A stretch of 64,000 nucleotides of DNA from Bacteroides sp. Lineage in GTDB: Bacteria; Bacteroidota; Bacteroidia; Bacteroidales; Muribaculaceae. The position numbers were made by a program, and so were the translations under genes. The notes beneath the pieces are model-generated. The model had not been told where the DNA came from and ran no database searches. It saw only the letters and a list, made by a program, of their open reading frames with translations. Below are positions 46,324-55,118 of this stretch, piece after piece; within the stretch, counting starts at the first letter, position 1, and each line of letters begins with the position of its first letter. Where the stretch lies: assembly GCA_014801785.1 (NCBI GenBank), contig JAAVDN010000013.1, positions 920 through 64,919 on the forward strand, in the 5' to 3' direction.

Positions 46324-49134
46324 TTATTTCTCTTTGGGTATGCCGTTCTGCTGGACGAAGACGCGGTTCTTGCCGTCATAGATATTCTTCATCAGGGCAT
46401 TTACCTCTTCGATAGTGATCGACTCCAGGATATTCTCGATATCCGTGAAGGTATCGATACCGTTCTCGTAGGAGAAGATAGCGTTCATCCAATATTCGTT
46501 GGTACGCTTTTCCACTTCAATGCCCTTGATGGCCTGAGTCTTGATCTTGTTGAAATGATCAGGATTTGCTCCATTCTGCAAGAGGTTGTTAAGCTCCAGG
46601 TTGGCGCGCTCAATCATAACCTTCTCTTTATCGGGGGCGGTACGATACATGAAGTACATCGACCAAAGACCGGTCCAGGGACTCAGAGAAGCACCTACTC
46701 CGGCACCGTATGTACCACCGATCTCCTCACGCAGCGTCTCCAGATAATTCATATCCAGGAGCTGACCCATGAAATCAACAAGTATGGAATTGCGCAGGGT
46801 GTAAGGGACATTGTCGCCTCCGATCTGGCAGTAGACGTCAACAGCAGGCTTGTCAGTCTCGGTGTCATAGACATTGGATACCTGACCTGTGACAGGGAGA
46901 AGGCTGGTGATGCGCTTAGGCTCCTCGGCTTTCTTTTTAGAGGGGAGGGAAGCGACATACTGCTCCAGGAGAGGCTTGAGGGTCTCGACATCGACATTAC
47001 CTACAAAGATGTAGTTATAATCAGCTGCGTTCGCGAAAGAATTGGTAGCGATTGCGCGGGACTTGAGATAGTCAAGCTGATCCAGGGAAGAGAGCGTGAG
47101 AGCGTTCTGCATGGGATTATCGCCATAGAGAGTCTTTAGGACATTCGATGAGAAAATCCACTGCGGATTCTTATCCTGGTTCTTCATATTAGTGCGAATC
47201 TGAGACAGAGTCGCATCGAAATTCTGCTGGTTAGGAGTGGTCTGGGTCAGTTCAGCGTAAAGAAGTTCCATCTGGTCAGGAAGATCCTTCACTGTGGTTG
47301 TAGCGACCAGAGACTCGAAGTAGTTACCCATCACGTAGGAAAGGCTGACTTTCTTTCCAGCCAGATATTTGCGGAGCTTCGCCGGGTCGTAGGGTCCGAC
47401 GTTGCTGCAATCGAATGCCTCACCGGAGAACTGTAAATTCACTGCCTCAGAGGTGGGATAGCAGCTCAATCCACCCTTGCGGTATGCATAGATATTGATT
47501 TCGTCAGCCTTGAAGTCAGTCTTCTTAACGATTACCTTCACTCCGTTGGAAAGCATCAGCTCCGTTGCGTCATACTTCTCGTTATATTTCTCGGAAGTGA
47601 TTTTACCTTTCTTCGGAAGTTTTGCGATAAGAGGTTCGGTCAGTTTCTCTTCCTCACGCGCGGTATAGGTTTTGGCCATATCCTCGCGGAGAGTGGAGAC
47701 CAGGAACTCCTTGGTAGGAACGGGATATCCCTCGGGAACGGAAACGATGAAGACTTCGTTCTCCTCAGTCAGAATCGGAGGAGTAGACATGTTGATCATC
47801 TCAACAGTGATGTTGGGAAGGATTCCCTGGGCAAGCTGATATTCAATATCGGCACCCGGCGCAGGAACATTGTCTATAAAATAGTCTTTCAATTCCGTGC
47901 CGTAAGCATCGCTGTCAAATTTATCCTTTTCGTTAGCGTTGCGCTCGTAAGAAGCAAGCATCGCTTTCTTGGCGCGTTCGAGCTCGCTGTCGGTGAAACC
48001 ACCCTTGAGAGCCTCGACAACAATACCGAGAGCCTGCTGATACGCTTCCTCAAGACTCTCCTTGCCGATGATATTGATGGTGAACATATCCTTCGTCTTG
48101 GCAACCATGTAAGGACCGAATCCTACTCCGGCATGGGCGAATGCGCAGTTGGGATCATGGGTGGCCTCGGAAAGGCGCTCGTTGACCATATTGACAATCA
48201 GCGGCTTGACGAAATACTCGTTAGCATAAATCTCAACGGTGTTACGTATCTCTCTGGGAGTGACATCCTCCTTGAAGCAGACACGGACAGAGGGATAAGG
48301 GAATTCCTTGTCGCTGAACACGGCATAGAGGGGATCCTGGTTGTCGCTGACTTCAGGATATACGCGTGGAGCGGCGTTCTCAGGCATCTCGACAGTGGAG
48401 AAAAGCTTGATGACCTTCTGCTCCATCTCCGCTGCGTCAAAGTCTCCGACAACGATGATTCCCTGCTGGTCCGGACGATACCATTTCTCATAGTAAGCAC
48501 GCAGGACATCGGGCGCGAAGTTGAGGACAACTTCCATCTTGCCGATAGGCATCTGCTGATACTGGTATTCCTGGAAAATCTGAGGCAGCACGGTTTCATA
48601 CTGACGACGATATACGTCCTGCGTCTGACGCCATTCCTCGTTGATGACGCCGCGCTCAGCCTCTATCTCGGCTTCCTCAAGGGCTATGCCGTCGCTCCAG
48701 TCGCGAAGAACGAGCAGAACGCTGTCCATAAGGGGACGGTCCGTGGTAGGAACGTTGTTGATGCGGTAGACAGTTTCGTCGAAGGAAGTGTAGGCGTTGA
48801 TATCACTGCCGAAACGGAGTCCCTTGCTCTGAAGATAGTTGAGCATCGACTTTCCGGGATAGTTGGTCGAGCCGTTGAAAGCCATGTGCTCCAGGAAGTG
48901 GGCGAGGCCGAGCTGGCTCTCCTCTTCAAGGGTGGATCCAACTTTCTGCGCGATATAGAAGTTGGCGCGTTCTTTAGGCTCCGCGTTATGGAGCACATAG
49001 TAGGTCAGTCCATTCGGAAGGACTCCTGTCTTGACATCCTCGTTCAATGGGAGAGGCGTCAGCTGAGGCATCTGGGCTGTGGCGCCGAAAAAGGCTCCGA
49101 CTGCCAAAACCATACTCAGAATCAGTTTCTTCAT
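46324..49134 (-). CDS. M16 (insulinase/PqqL-like) zinc peptidase, exported
   Basis: LPNGLTYY, GLAHFLEHMAFNGS (HxxEH), NAYTSFDET, ERGVINEEWR, LSNGVKV, LREEIGGTY. Confidence 0.93.
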   Translation of the reverse strand: MKKLILSMVLAVGAFFGATAQMPQLTPLPLNEDVKTGVLPNGLTYYVLHNAEPKERANFYIAQKVGSTLEEESQLGLAHFLEHMAFNGSTNYPGKSMLNYLQSKGLRFGSDINAYTSFDETVYRINNVPTTDRPLMDSVLLVLRDWSDGIALEEAEIEAERGVINEEWRQTQDVYRRQYETVLPQIFQEYQYQQMPIGKMEVVLNFAPDVLRAYYEKWYRPDQQGIIVVGDFDAAEMEQKVIKLFSTVEMPENAAPRVYPEVSDNQDPLYAVFSDKEFPYPSVRVCFKEDVTPREIRNTVEIYANEYFVKPLIVNMVNERLSEATHDPNCAFAHAGVGFGPYMVAKTKDMFTINIIGKESLEEAYQQALGIVVEALKGGFTDSELERAKKAMLASYERNANEKDKFDSDAYGTELKDYFIDNVPAPGADIEYQLAQGILPNITVEMINMSTPPILTEENEVFIVSVPEGYPVPTKEFLVSTLREDMAKTYTAREEEKLTEPLIAKLPKKGKITSEKYNEKYDATELMLSNGVKVIVKKTDFKADEINIYAYRKGGLSCYPTSEAVNLQFSGEAFDCSNVGPYDPAKLRKYLAGKKVSLSYVMGNYFESLVATTTVKDLPDQMELLYAELTQTTPNQQNFDATLSQIRTNMKNQDKNPQWIFSSNVLKTLYGDNPMQNALTLSSLDQLDYLKSRAIATNSFANAADYNYIFVGNVDVETLKPLLEQYVASLPSKKKAEEPKRITSLLPVTGQVSNVYDTETDKPAVDVYCQIGGDNVPYTLRNSILVDFMGQLLDMNYLETLREEIGGTYGAGVGASLSPWTGLWSMYFMYRTAPDKEKVMIERANLELNNLLQNGANPDHFNKIKTQAIKGIEVEKRTNEYWMNAIFSYENGIDTFTDIENILESITIEEVNALMKNIYDGKNRVFVQQNGIPKEK

Positions 49135-49340
49135 AGATGAGTATTTTGATGAATATTATGTTTACAGTCTCTCTGGCAGTAAAAGGAATCGAGGACACAC
49201 GTCCACCTCTCTCCTTTCACACTCGCAAAATTAGTCAAATATATTAAAACAACAAATAATTTTATCGAAAAACAATAAAAATTTTACGGAATAACCTGTC
49301 TCCTCTATATCTCCCTCAGATTTCAACGTCAACTTTTCCC

Positions 49341-49397
49341 TAAGTAGCTCTCACGAGACTTTCACATCTTCCTCTTCACTCCCCTTACAGCTGCTTA
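49341..49397. repeat. Collapsed element with TAAGYAGCT ends
   Basis: taagtagctct (49341) ... acagctgctta (49387-49397); cctaagtagctctca is identical to 39737-39751. Confidence 0.55.
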
Positions 49398-49409
49398 TCA
49401 GCGGTTCAT

Positions 49410-49847
49410 TCATATCAGGTCGTGGAGATAGGCATATAGAGACAGTCCGGCGAGAGACTTTATCCCGAGTTTTGCCGAGAGGTTGCGGCGGTGTGTGATA
49501 ACGGTGTTGAGCGAGATGCAGAGACGGTCAGCAACTTCCTTATTGCTCAGTCCGTTGGCCAGTAGAGTCAACACTTCCTTCTCCCGGGAGGAGAGTTGTT
49601 CGCCGCACTCCTCCTCTTCATTGAGCCACGGTGACAGTATTTCCATCAGACGATGTTCATCGGCTGACGGTCCGAGTATCTCCGGAGTAAGTCTCACGAT
49701 CTTTCCCTTCTTTTCTTCATAATTTGAAGAAACATCCGCGGTCATAACCCGAATCCTCCCCTCTCTTCGCAGAAACCATTTGATACCCGCGACTTCAAGG
49801 GGTGTGAACCCCTGCGGTTCCAGAATGATTTGTTCTTCCTCTACCAT
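49410..49847 (-). CDS. LuxR-type HTH transcriptional regulator
   Basis: LSSREKEVL.LLANGLSNKEVADRLCISLNTVITHRRNL..KLGIKS. Confidence 0.9.
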   Translation of the reverse strand: MVEEEQIILEPQGFTPLEVAGIKWFLRREGRIRVMTADVSSNYEEKKGKIVRLTPEILGPSADEHRLMEILSPWLNEEEECGEQLSSREKEVLTLLANGLSNKEVADRLCISLNTVITHRRNLSAKLGIKSLAGLSLYAYLHDLI

Positions 49848-50548
49848 TATTCCGTTGTTTTCAGTATACGGCTGCAGGAACGCCTGATGGAACTGTTGCG
49901 CATCAGGTCTTTACGAAGATTATCGACTGCCCAGACGACAGCGGTCAGCAGATTCGGGTCGATATCTCCCTGCAGATGAACAAGAAGAAAAGTCAGCAGA
50001 TCCTCCGCCTCATCCTCCAGGCCGGAATCAAGTTCTTCGGATTCCGCAAGCAGACTCCTGAGACTTTCTTCTCCTGTCTCCTCCGCCGGAGATTCCGCTC
50101 TTAATACGGGGAACAATACCTCGCGATCGAATCTGTCGCGCTCCCGGAGTTCAGAGGCGAGCTGGTCGTAGAATCCATGCAGAGCGGCAAGTCCCTTTGA
50201 TGTTTCGCCGGGACTCCTTTTTATCAATAGATCGAAATGGCGCCCTATGTTTGGGAGTTGCGTTTCGAGATACCATTCATTGGATCGCTGCAGAAACTCA
50301 ACAAGCTGTCCCCTATCCGTAACAGGAGGCAAGGAATCATTGACATCATACTCAGTATCGAAAGAGGGATCGACAGCTGCTCTGACAACACGCAGAAAAA
50401 GTCCGGTATCTATACCGGACTGCGCACATGCGACTCCGACCCGGAGTTTGCCAAACCCCGGGCGGAATCCAAATCTCATTATCAAGGGTAGTGCGGCCGC
50501 GTTCTGGCGAACGATATCGGCCAGCATCGTTTTCTCGTCTATCCTCAT
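49847..50548 (-). CDS. ScdA_N/hemerythrin-like protein paired with LuxR; metal ligands apparently degenerate
   Basis: LADIV..N..ALP..MRFG...GFG...V..AC...GID..LFL N-terminus, YL..QLP.I, LFP. Confidence 0.65.
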   Translation of the reverse strand: MRIDEKTMLADIVRQNAAALPLIMRFGFRPGFGKLRVGVACAQSGIDTGLFLRVVRAAVDPSFDTEYDVNDSLPPVTDRGQLVEFLQRSNEWYLETQLPNIGRHFDLLIKRSPGETSKGLAALHGFYDQLASELRERDRFDREVLFPVLRAESPAEETGEESLRSLLAESEELDSGLEDEAEDLLTFLLVHLQGDIDPNLLTAVVWAVDNLRKDLMRNSSIRRSCSRILKTTE

Positions 50549-51090
50549 CGGATTACGATATAACTGCTCTGGGTAATAACGATATCCATCGGAACGTCAT
50601 GTTCCTCGGTCGGCACTTCATCGACCAGCTGAAATTCGTATGCGACTCCGACTTTGGTCGCTCCCGTAGTCGCGAGCAAACGATCATAGAATCCTTTTCC
50701 ACGACCAAGCCGGTTTCCGCGACGGTCGTATGCGACAGCGGGGACAACTATCATTTCTATTTCCGAAGGATCGACGAGTTCGTCGCCTACAGGTTCCTCG
50801 ATATGGAAGGCGCCGAGTTCGAGACGTGATTGCTCGTATGGAAGAATTTCAAGGTTCACCCCATTGACCCGCGGAAGATAGAAGCGTTTCCGGTCGTGCC
50901 ATTTGTCAAGGAAGCGACGTGTAGAAAGTTCGTCGGGCAAGGAGTGATACATCAATATGTGATCAGCCATCAGGAAGGCGGCCGAGCGTTCGAGCTGGTC
51001 GAAGACATCGGAGGCGGCTCTCTCCCGCTCCTCTTCGGAGAGCATCCGGCGGAGAGCCTTTATCTTTCTGCGTATTTCTGCTTTTTCCAT
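50545..51090 (-). CDS. 5-formyltetrahydrofolate cyclo-ligase
   Basis: K.EIR, YHSLPDE, LPRV, IEEP, VPAVAYD..GNRLGRGKGFYDR, HDVPMD. Confidence 0.95.
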   Translation of the reverse strand: MEKAEIRRKIKALRRMLSEEERERAASDVFDQLERSAAFLMADHILMYHSLPDELSTRRFLDKWHDRKRFYLPRVNGVNLEILPYEQSRLELGAFHIEEPVGDELVDPSEIEMIVVPAVAYDRRGNRLGRGKGFYDRLLATTGATKVGVAYEFQLVDEVPTEEHDVPMDIVITQSSYIVIR

Positions 51091-51152
51091 AGTTTAAATT
51101 ATTTATTCTTGTAGGATAAGGTCCTTTTTTTTCTCAAACAGCTACTTGATAT

Positions 51153-52781
51153 TTAACGCGTCCCCGAACCGGTTGGTTTCTTTACGGATGGATCCTTGAG
51201 TAACTCGACAGCCTTTTTCAGTGTGGCATCCTTACGGTTGTATATACGGTAAAAGGCCTCTTCCCCTATCAGGTCACGGGCTATGAGCGCCTGCAGCTGA
51301 TTAAGTATCAACTCGCGGCTCTGGTTGATGTAATACCATCTGGCGGGGACCCCGTTGGCAGCCGCATAGCTGACGAAGTTCTGAAGCAGGGTCTGTTCGC
51401 GTGGCAACAGACGGACAAGCTGGTCAGCGTTGCTGATATTGCGTGCGAGGTCACGGTAACGGTCCGCGACGGTGTAGGAATATTTCTGCAACAGTCCTTT
51501 GTTGGCGACCTGGACATAATAGGAAGTGATGCCGGTCGTGTCTTCGGGAACGAATATGTCAGGCATTATTCCTCCTCCGCCATAGACCTCACGCCCACCG
51601 TATGTTTTGAAAACCTTACTCTTGTCAAGGCGAATTGAATCGACATTATAAAATTCCCCTCGTGAATATCGGTCGGCAATATCCATCATATACTTGCCGT
51701 CATCTCCGCGCTGATATTCTTTCTGAATAGAGCGTCCGGAGGGGGTATAGTATCTGGCGACTGTCAGACGCATGGCCGAGCTGTCAGGAAGCATCGTCTG
51801 ATTCTGGACAAGTCCTTTGCCGAAAGAACGGCGTCCGATTATCGTTCCGCGGTCATTATCCTGAATCGCTCCCGCGAAAATTTCGGAAGCGGACGCGGAA
51901 TATTCATCCATTAAAACAACCAGTTCCTCATCTATAAAACCTCCGTTTCCATCTGAGACAGCCTGGGTCTGATTAGCGAAATTACGTCCTTTCGTATAGA
52001 CGATCATTCGGTCTTCAGGCAGGAATTCGTTAGCCATGAAAATTGCCTGGTCCATATATCCGCCGGCGTTGCCGCGCAGGTCAACGACAAATCCTTTCGC
52101 ACCCTGGTCGCGAAGCTCAAGGAGAGCTGAGAGAAACTCCTGGAAGGTGGTGCGGGAGAATTTGCTGACTTTTATATAGCCGGTCTGGTCATCCATCATA
52201 TAGGAGGCGTTGACACTCAGGACCGGGACATCACCGCGCACAACATCGAAGTTCAGAGGTTTTTCGGAAGAGGAGCGGACAATTGTCAGGTCTACCTTGC
52301 TATCCTTTTCTCCGCGAAGATGCTTGAATACATTCTCGTTTGTCGCCGACGCGCCGGTCAACTCCGCATCCCCCGCCTTTATTATACGGTCGCCGGCAAG
52401 GATTCCGACCTTTTCCGCAGGTCCGCCGGGAATGACTTCGACGACATACACCGTGTCGTTGAGAATCTGAAACGAGACTCCGACGCCGCTGAAGGAGCCT
52501 GCAAGTTCGGAATTGACGTCTGTAAGTTCTTCGGCAGGAATATAGGAGGAGTGGGGATCGAGGCCGGCCAGCAGGTCGGGATAGACCGTGTTGAGAAGAG
52601 AGTCGAGGTCAACTTCGTCAACATAGTCACTGCTTATCAGGCCCATGACGGTCTGTAGTTTCTCCTGTCCGGGCGTCAGCGTCGTCCTGTTAAGATATTT
52701 GCCGATAAAGATTCCCCCTACCATTCCGGCTGCGAGAGTGAGAGGAATAAGGGTGAGGGCGAGATTGCGTTTGGTTGCCAT
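51153..52781 (-). CDS. ctpA: S41 carboxyl-terminal processing protease
   Basis: LDPHS.YI, PDZ, DLRGNAGG, SASASEIFAGA.QD, SFGKGLVQ, TVARYYTPSGR. Confidence 0.93.
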   Translation of the reverse strand: MATKRNLALTLIPLTLAAGMVGGIFIGKYLNRTTLTPGQEKLQTVMGLISSDYVDEVDLDSLLNTVYPDLLAGLDPHSSYIPAEELTDVNSELAGSFSGVGVSFQILNDTVYVVEVIPGGPAEKVGILAGDRIIKAGDAELTGASATNENVFKHLRGEKDSKVDLTIVRSSSEKPLNFDVVRGDVPVLSVNASYMMDDQTGYIKVSKFSRTTFQEFLSALLELRDQGAKGFVVDLRGNAGGYMDQAIFMANEFLPEDRMIVYTKGRNFANQTQAVSDGNGGFIDEELVVLMDEYSASASEIFAGAIQDNDRGTIIGRRSFGKGLVQNQTMLPDSSAMRLTVARYYTPSGRSIQKEYQRGDDGKYMMDIADRYSRGEFYNVDSIRLDKSKVFKTYGGREVYGGGGIMPDIFVPEDTTGITSYYVQVANKGLLQKYSYTVADRYRDLARNISNADQLVRLLPREQTLLQNFVSYAAANGVPARWYYINQSRELILNQLQALIARDLIGEEAFYRIYNRKDATLKKAVELLKDPSVKKPTGSGTR

Positions 52782-52820
52782 TGTTTCTTTCTGTTCAGTC
52801 GCTCTTCAGCCGACCGGGTC

Positions 52821-53009
52821 TTAGAAACTGTTTAAATTTATGTCAAAAATTTTATTATCACTCAAATATGCCATGATTTTAAGAATCTTTTTGGCGCTTT
52901 TTGCGTGATTTCATCAGTTGTGATGCCCGCATCACTCCTTCTTCATCACACAAAAATCATCCAAAAACCTTATCAAAATCATTGGCACATAAATTTAAAC
53001 AGTTTCTCA
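52821..53009. mobile_element. MITE-like long-palindromic element, copy 2 (~190 bp)
   Basis: 21-bp perfect IR agaaactgtttaaatttatgt (52823-52843) / acataaatttaaacagtttct (52987-53007); nested stems; central hairpin gtgatgc-cc-gcatcac. Confidence 0.8.
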
Positions 53010-53450
53010 ATCGATCGGGAGATGGAGGGTCTCGATTCCTGCGCGGTGAAGAAGATCCACACCGTCCAGCAACCTGTATTGTTCCGCATATACAACGCGC
53101 CTGATACCGGCCTGGATTATCAGCTTGGCGCATTCGAGGCAGGGTGAGGCCGTTATATAGAGAGTGCTCCCCTCCGAGGAGTTGTTGCTGCGCGCAACCT
53201 TGGTGATTGCGTTCGCCTCGGCGTGAAGCACGTATGGATAGGTCTGATCATCCTCATTCTCGCAGACATTCGGGAAACCCGATGGGGTTCCGTTATATCC
53301 GTCGGAGATTATCATCTTATCCTTGACCAGCAGGGCGCCGACCTTGCGGCGGCGGCAATAGGAGTTCTCGCTCCAGACCGACGCCATCCTCAGATAACGT
53401 CGGTCCAGGGCGAGAGCCTTTTCCTCTTTTTCTGTTCTTTTATCAGTCAT
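53007..53450 (-). CDS. dCMP deaminase (ComEB family)
   Basis: SYC.RRKVGA, DGYNGTP, LHAEANAI, SPCLECAKLIIQAGI. Confidence 0.93.
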   Translation of the reverse strand: MTDKRTEKEEKALALDRRYLRMASVWSENSYCRRRKVGALLVKDKMIISDGYNGTPSGFPNVCENEDDQTYPYVLHAEANAITKVARSNNSSEGSTLYITASPCLECAKLIIQAGIRRVVYAEQYRLLDGVDLLHRAGIETLHLPID

Positions 53451-53508
53451 AATTTGCTGTTGAATAGGAGTCTGACGGAGGCTCCGGAAGACTCCGCCGC
53501 CGGGATGT

Positions 53509-54450
53509 TCAGACTCCCTGCGTCTCCATCAGGAAACGTTCGGCGTCAAGAGCTGCGCGACAGCCTGTGCCGGCGGCCGATACTGCCTGGCGGTAACGGG
53601 GATCCGCGCAGTCGCCTGCTGCGAAGACACCCTCGACATTGGTGTGGGTGGTGTTGCCGATTACCTTCACATACCCCGCCTCGTCAAGATCAATCTGACC
53701 GCGGAAGATATCGGTGTTGGGCTTATGGCCGATAGCAAGGAAGAATCCGTCGATATCGATAGTGAAATGGTCCTCCTCGGGTGTGCCTACCTTGGAAACG
53801 ATCCTGGCGCCCTCGACAACTCCGTCGCCATAAAGACCGACGACGTTGCAGTTGAAGAGAATCGTTATGTTCTCCTTCATGCCGACGCGTTTCTTCATGA
53901 CATCCGAAGCACGGAGATAGTCCTTGCGGACAATGAGGTAAACTTTTTCGCAGAGTCCGGCCAGATAGAGTGCTTCCTCGCAGGCTGTGTCACCTCCTCC
54001 GACGACAGCAACTTTCTTCTTGCGGTAGAAGAAACCGTCGCAGGTAGCGCAGGCGCTGACACCCATGCCGTTATATTTCTCTTCATCGGCAAGTCCGAGA
54101 TACTTGGCGCTCGCTCCTGTAGAGATGATGACCGAATCAGCCTGAATCTGGTTGCCGTCTTCATCTTCGAGGGTGAAGGGTCGCTGGGAGAAATCGACCT
54201 TCGAGATGACTTTCGGGCGCACTTCACAGCCGAAGCGCTCGGCCTGCTTGCGAAGTTGTTCCATCATCTCGGGACCCTGGATTCCCTCGGGATAACCGGG
54301 GAAGTTTTCGATTTCGGTTGTCTGGGTCAGCTGACCGCCGGGTTGCATACCCTCGAAGAGCAGAGGATTAAGATTAGCCCGGGATGCGTAGATACCCGCA
54401 GTGTAGCCGGCAGGGCCGGAACCGATGATGACTACTTTTCTGTGTTCCAT
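53509..54450 (-). CDS. trxB: Thioredoxin reductase
   Basis: IGSGPAGYTA, GGQL, SACATCDG, VGGGDTACEEA, FAAGD, RQAV.AAG.G. Confidence 0.97.
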   Translation of the reverse strand: MEHRKVVIIGSGPAGYTAGIYASRANLNPLLFEGMQPGGQLTQTTEIENFPGYPEGIQGPEMMEQLRKQAERFGCEVRPKVISKVDFSQRPFTLEDEDGNQIQADSVIISTGASAKYLGLADEEKYNGMGVSACATCDGFFYRKKKVAVVGGGDTACEEALYLAGLCEKVYLIVRKDYLRASDVMKKRVGMKENITILFNCNVVGLYGDGVVEGARIVSKVGTPEEDHFTIDIDGFFLAIGHKPNTDIFRGQIDLDEAGYVKVIGNTTHTNVEGVFAAGDCADPRYRQAVSAAGTGCRAALDAERFLMETQGV

Positions 54451-54482
54451 GATTATCAAAATTTAAGTTCTATATTCTTTTT

Positions 54483-55118
54483 TTAACGAAGGTCAATGAG
54501 AGTTGCCTTCGGAAAGCTTGCGGCCGGATACGTAAATGCCGATGCCGGAATGGCAGCCTTGGTGGAGAGGGAGGTGAGGGTAATGGTCGAGGTACCTCCC
54601 GAAACCGGCACCAGGACTATTTTAGTCGGAAGATAAGAGGTCGCTCCGACTGTCACCTCAATACGCTTCATCCCTGTTCCTCTTTTCTTGGGAGTCAGCA
54701 CAATCTGCTTCCCTCCTTTAGGAGCGGTTTTCCCGTATGTAGCGGTGTAGGAATCCTGATTGGCAGATATGGCCGCCAGTGGATTGCTCTCTGCTATCTC
54801 CGAGGGTTCAGGAATTGTTACGGTTGTCTCGGAAGTGCGCGGATTGTAGGTATACATTGTCTTGCCGTCAAACCAGGTGGAGACAGCGGGTGAGGAGAGG
54901 ACGAATTTGCTCCCCGCGCATTTGAGCGTACCGGTCATTGCCCCCTGCGCCCCCTCCATCCGGAAGGATGTTTTGATTCCGGGGGCACGGCGAAGAAGCT
55001 CGGCGGTGCGCCTGATAACCTGCGCGGCCGTTTCGGCTCCGTAGGCCACGGATGAGGTGACGCCCAGTACCAGTATGAGAATTATAAATAATCTTCTTGT
55101 CATTGATTCTTTCTTCAT
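54483..55118 (-). CDS. LolA-like outer-membrane lipoprotein carrier protein
   Basis: Signal peptide; G.KF, TWFDGKT.YTY....E, NP, F.....FP....IDLR; translationally coupled to ftsK. Confidence 0.8.
   Translation of the reverse strand: MKKESMTRRLFIILILVLGVTSSVAYGAETAAQVIRRTAELLRRAPGIKTSFRMEGAQGAMTGTLKCAGSKFVLSSPAVSTWFDGKTMYTYNPRTSETTVTIPEPSEIAESNPLAAISANQDSYTATYGKTAPKGGKQIVLTPKKRGTGMKRIEVTVGATSYLPTKIVLVPVSGGTSTITLTSLSTKAAIPASAFTYPAASFPKATLIDLR

Noticed and set aside
9808-53009. Palindromic elements read as integron attC sites
   Set aside because: The ends lack the RYYYAAC/GTTRRRY boxes, there is no regular one-site-per-gene array and no IntI-like gene is visible.
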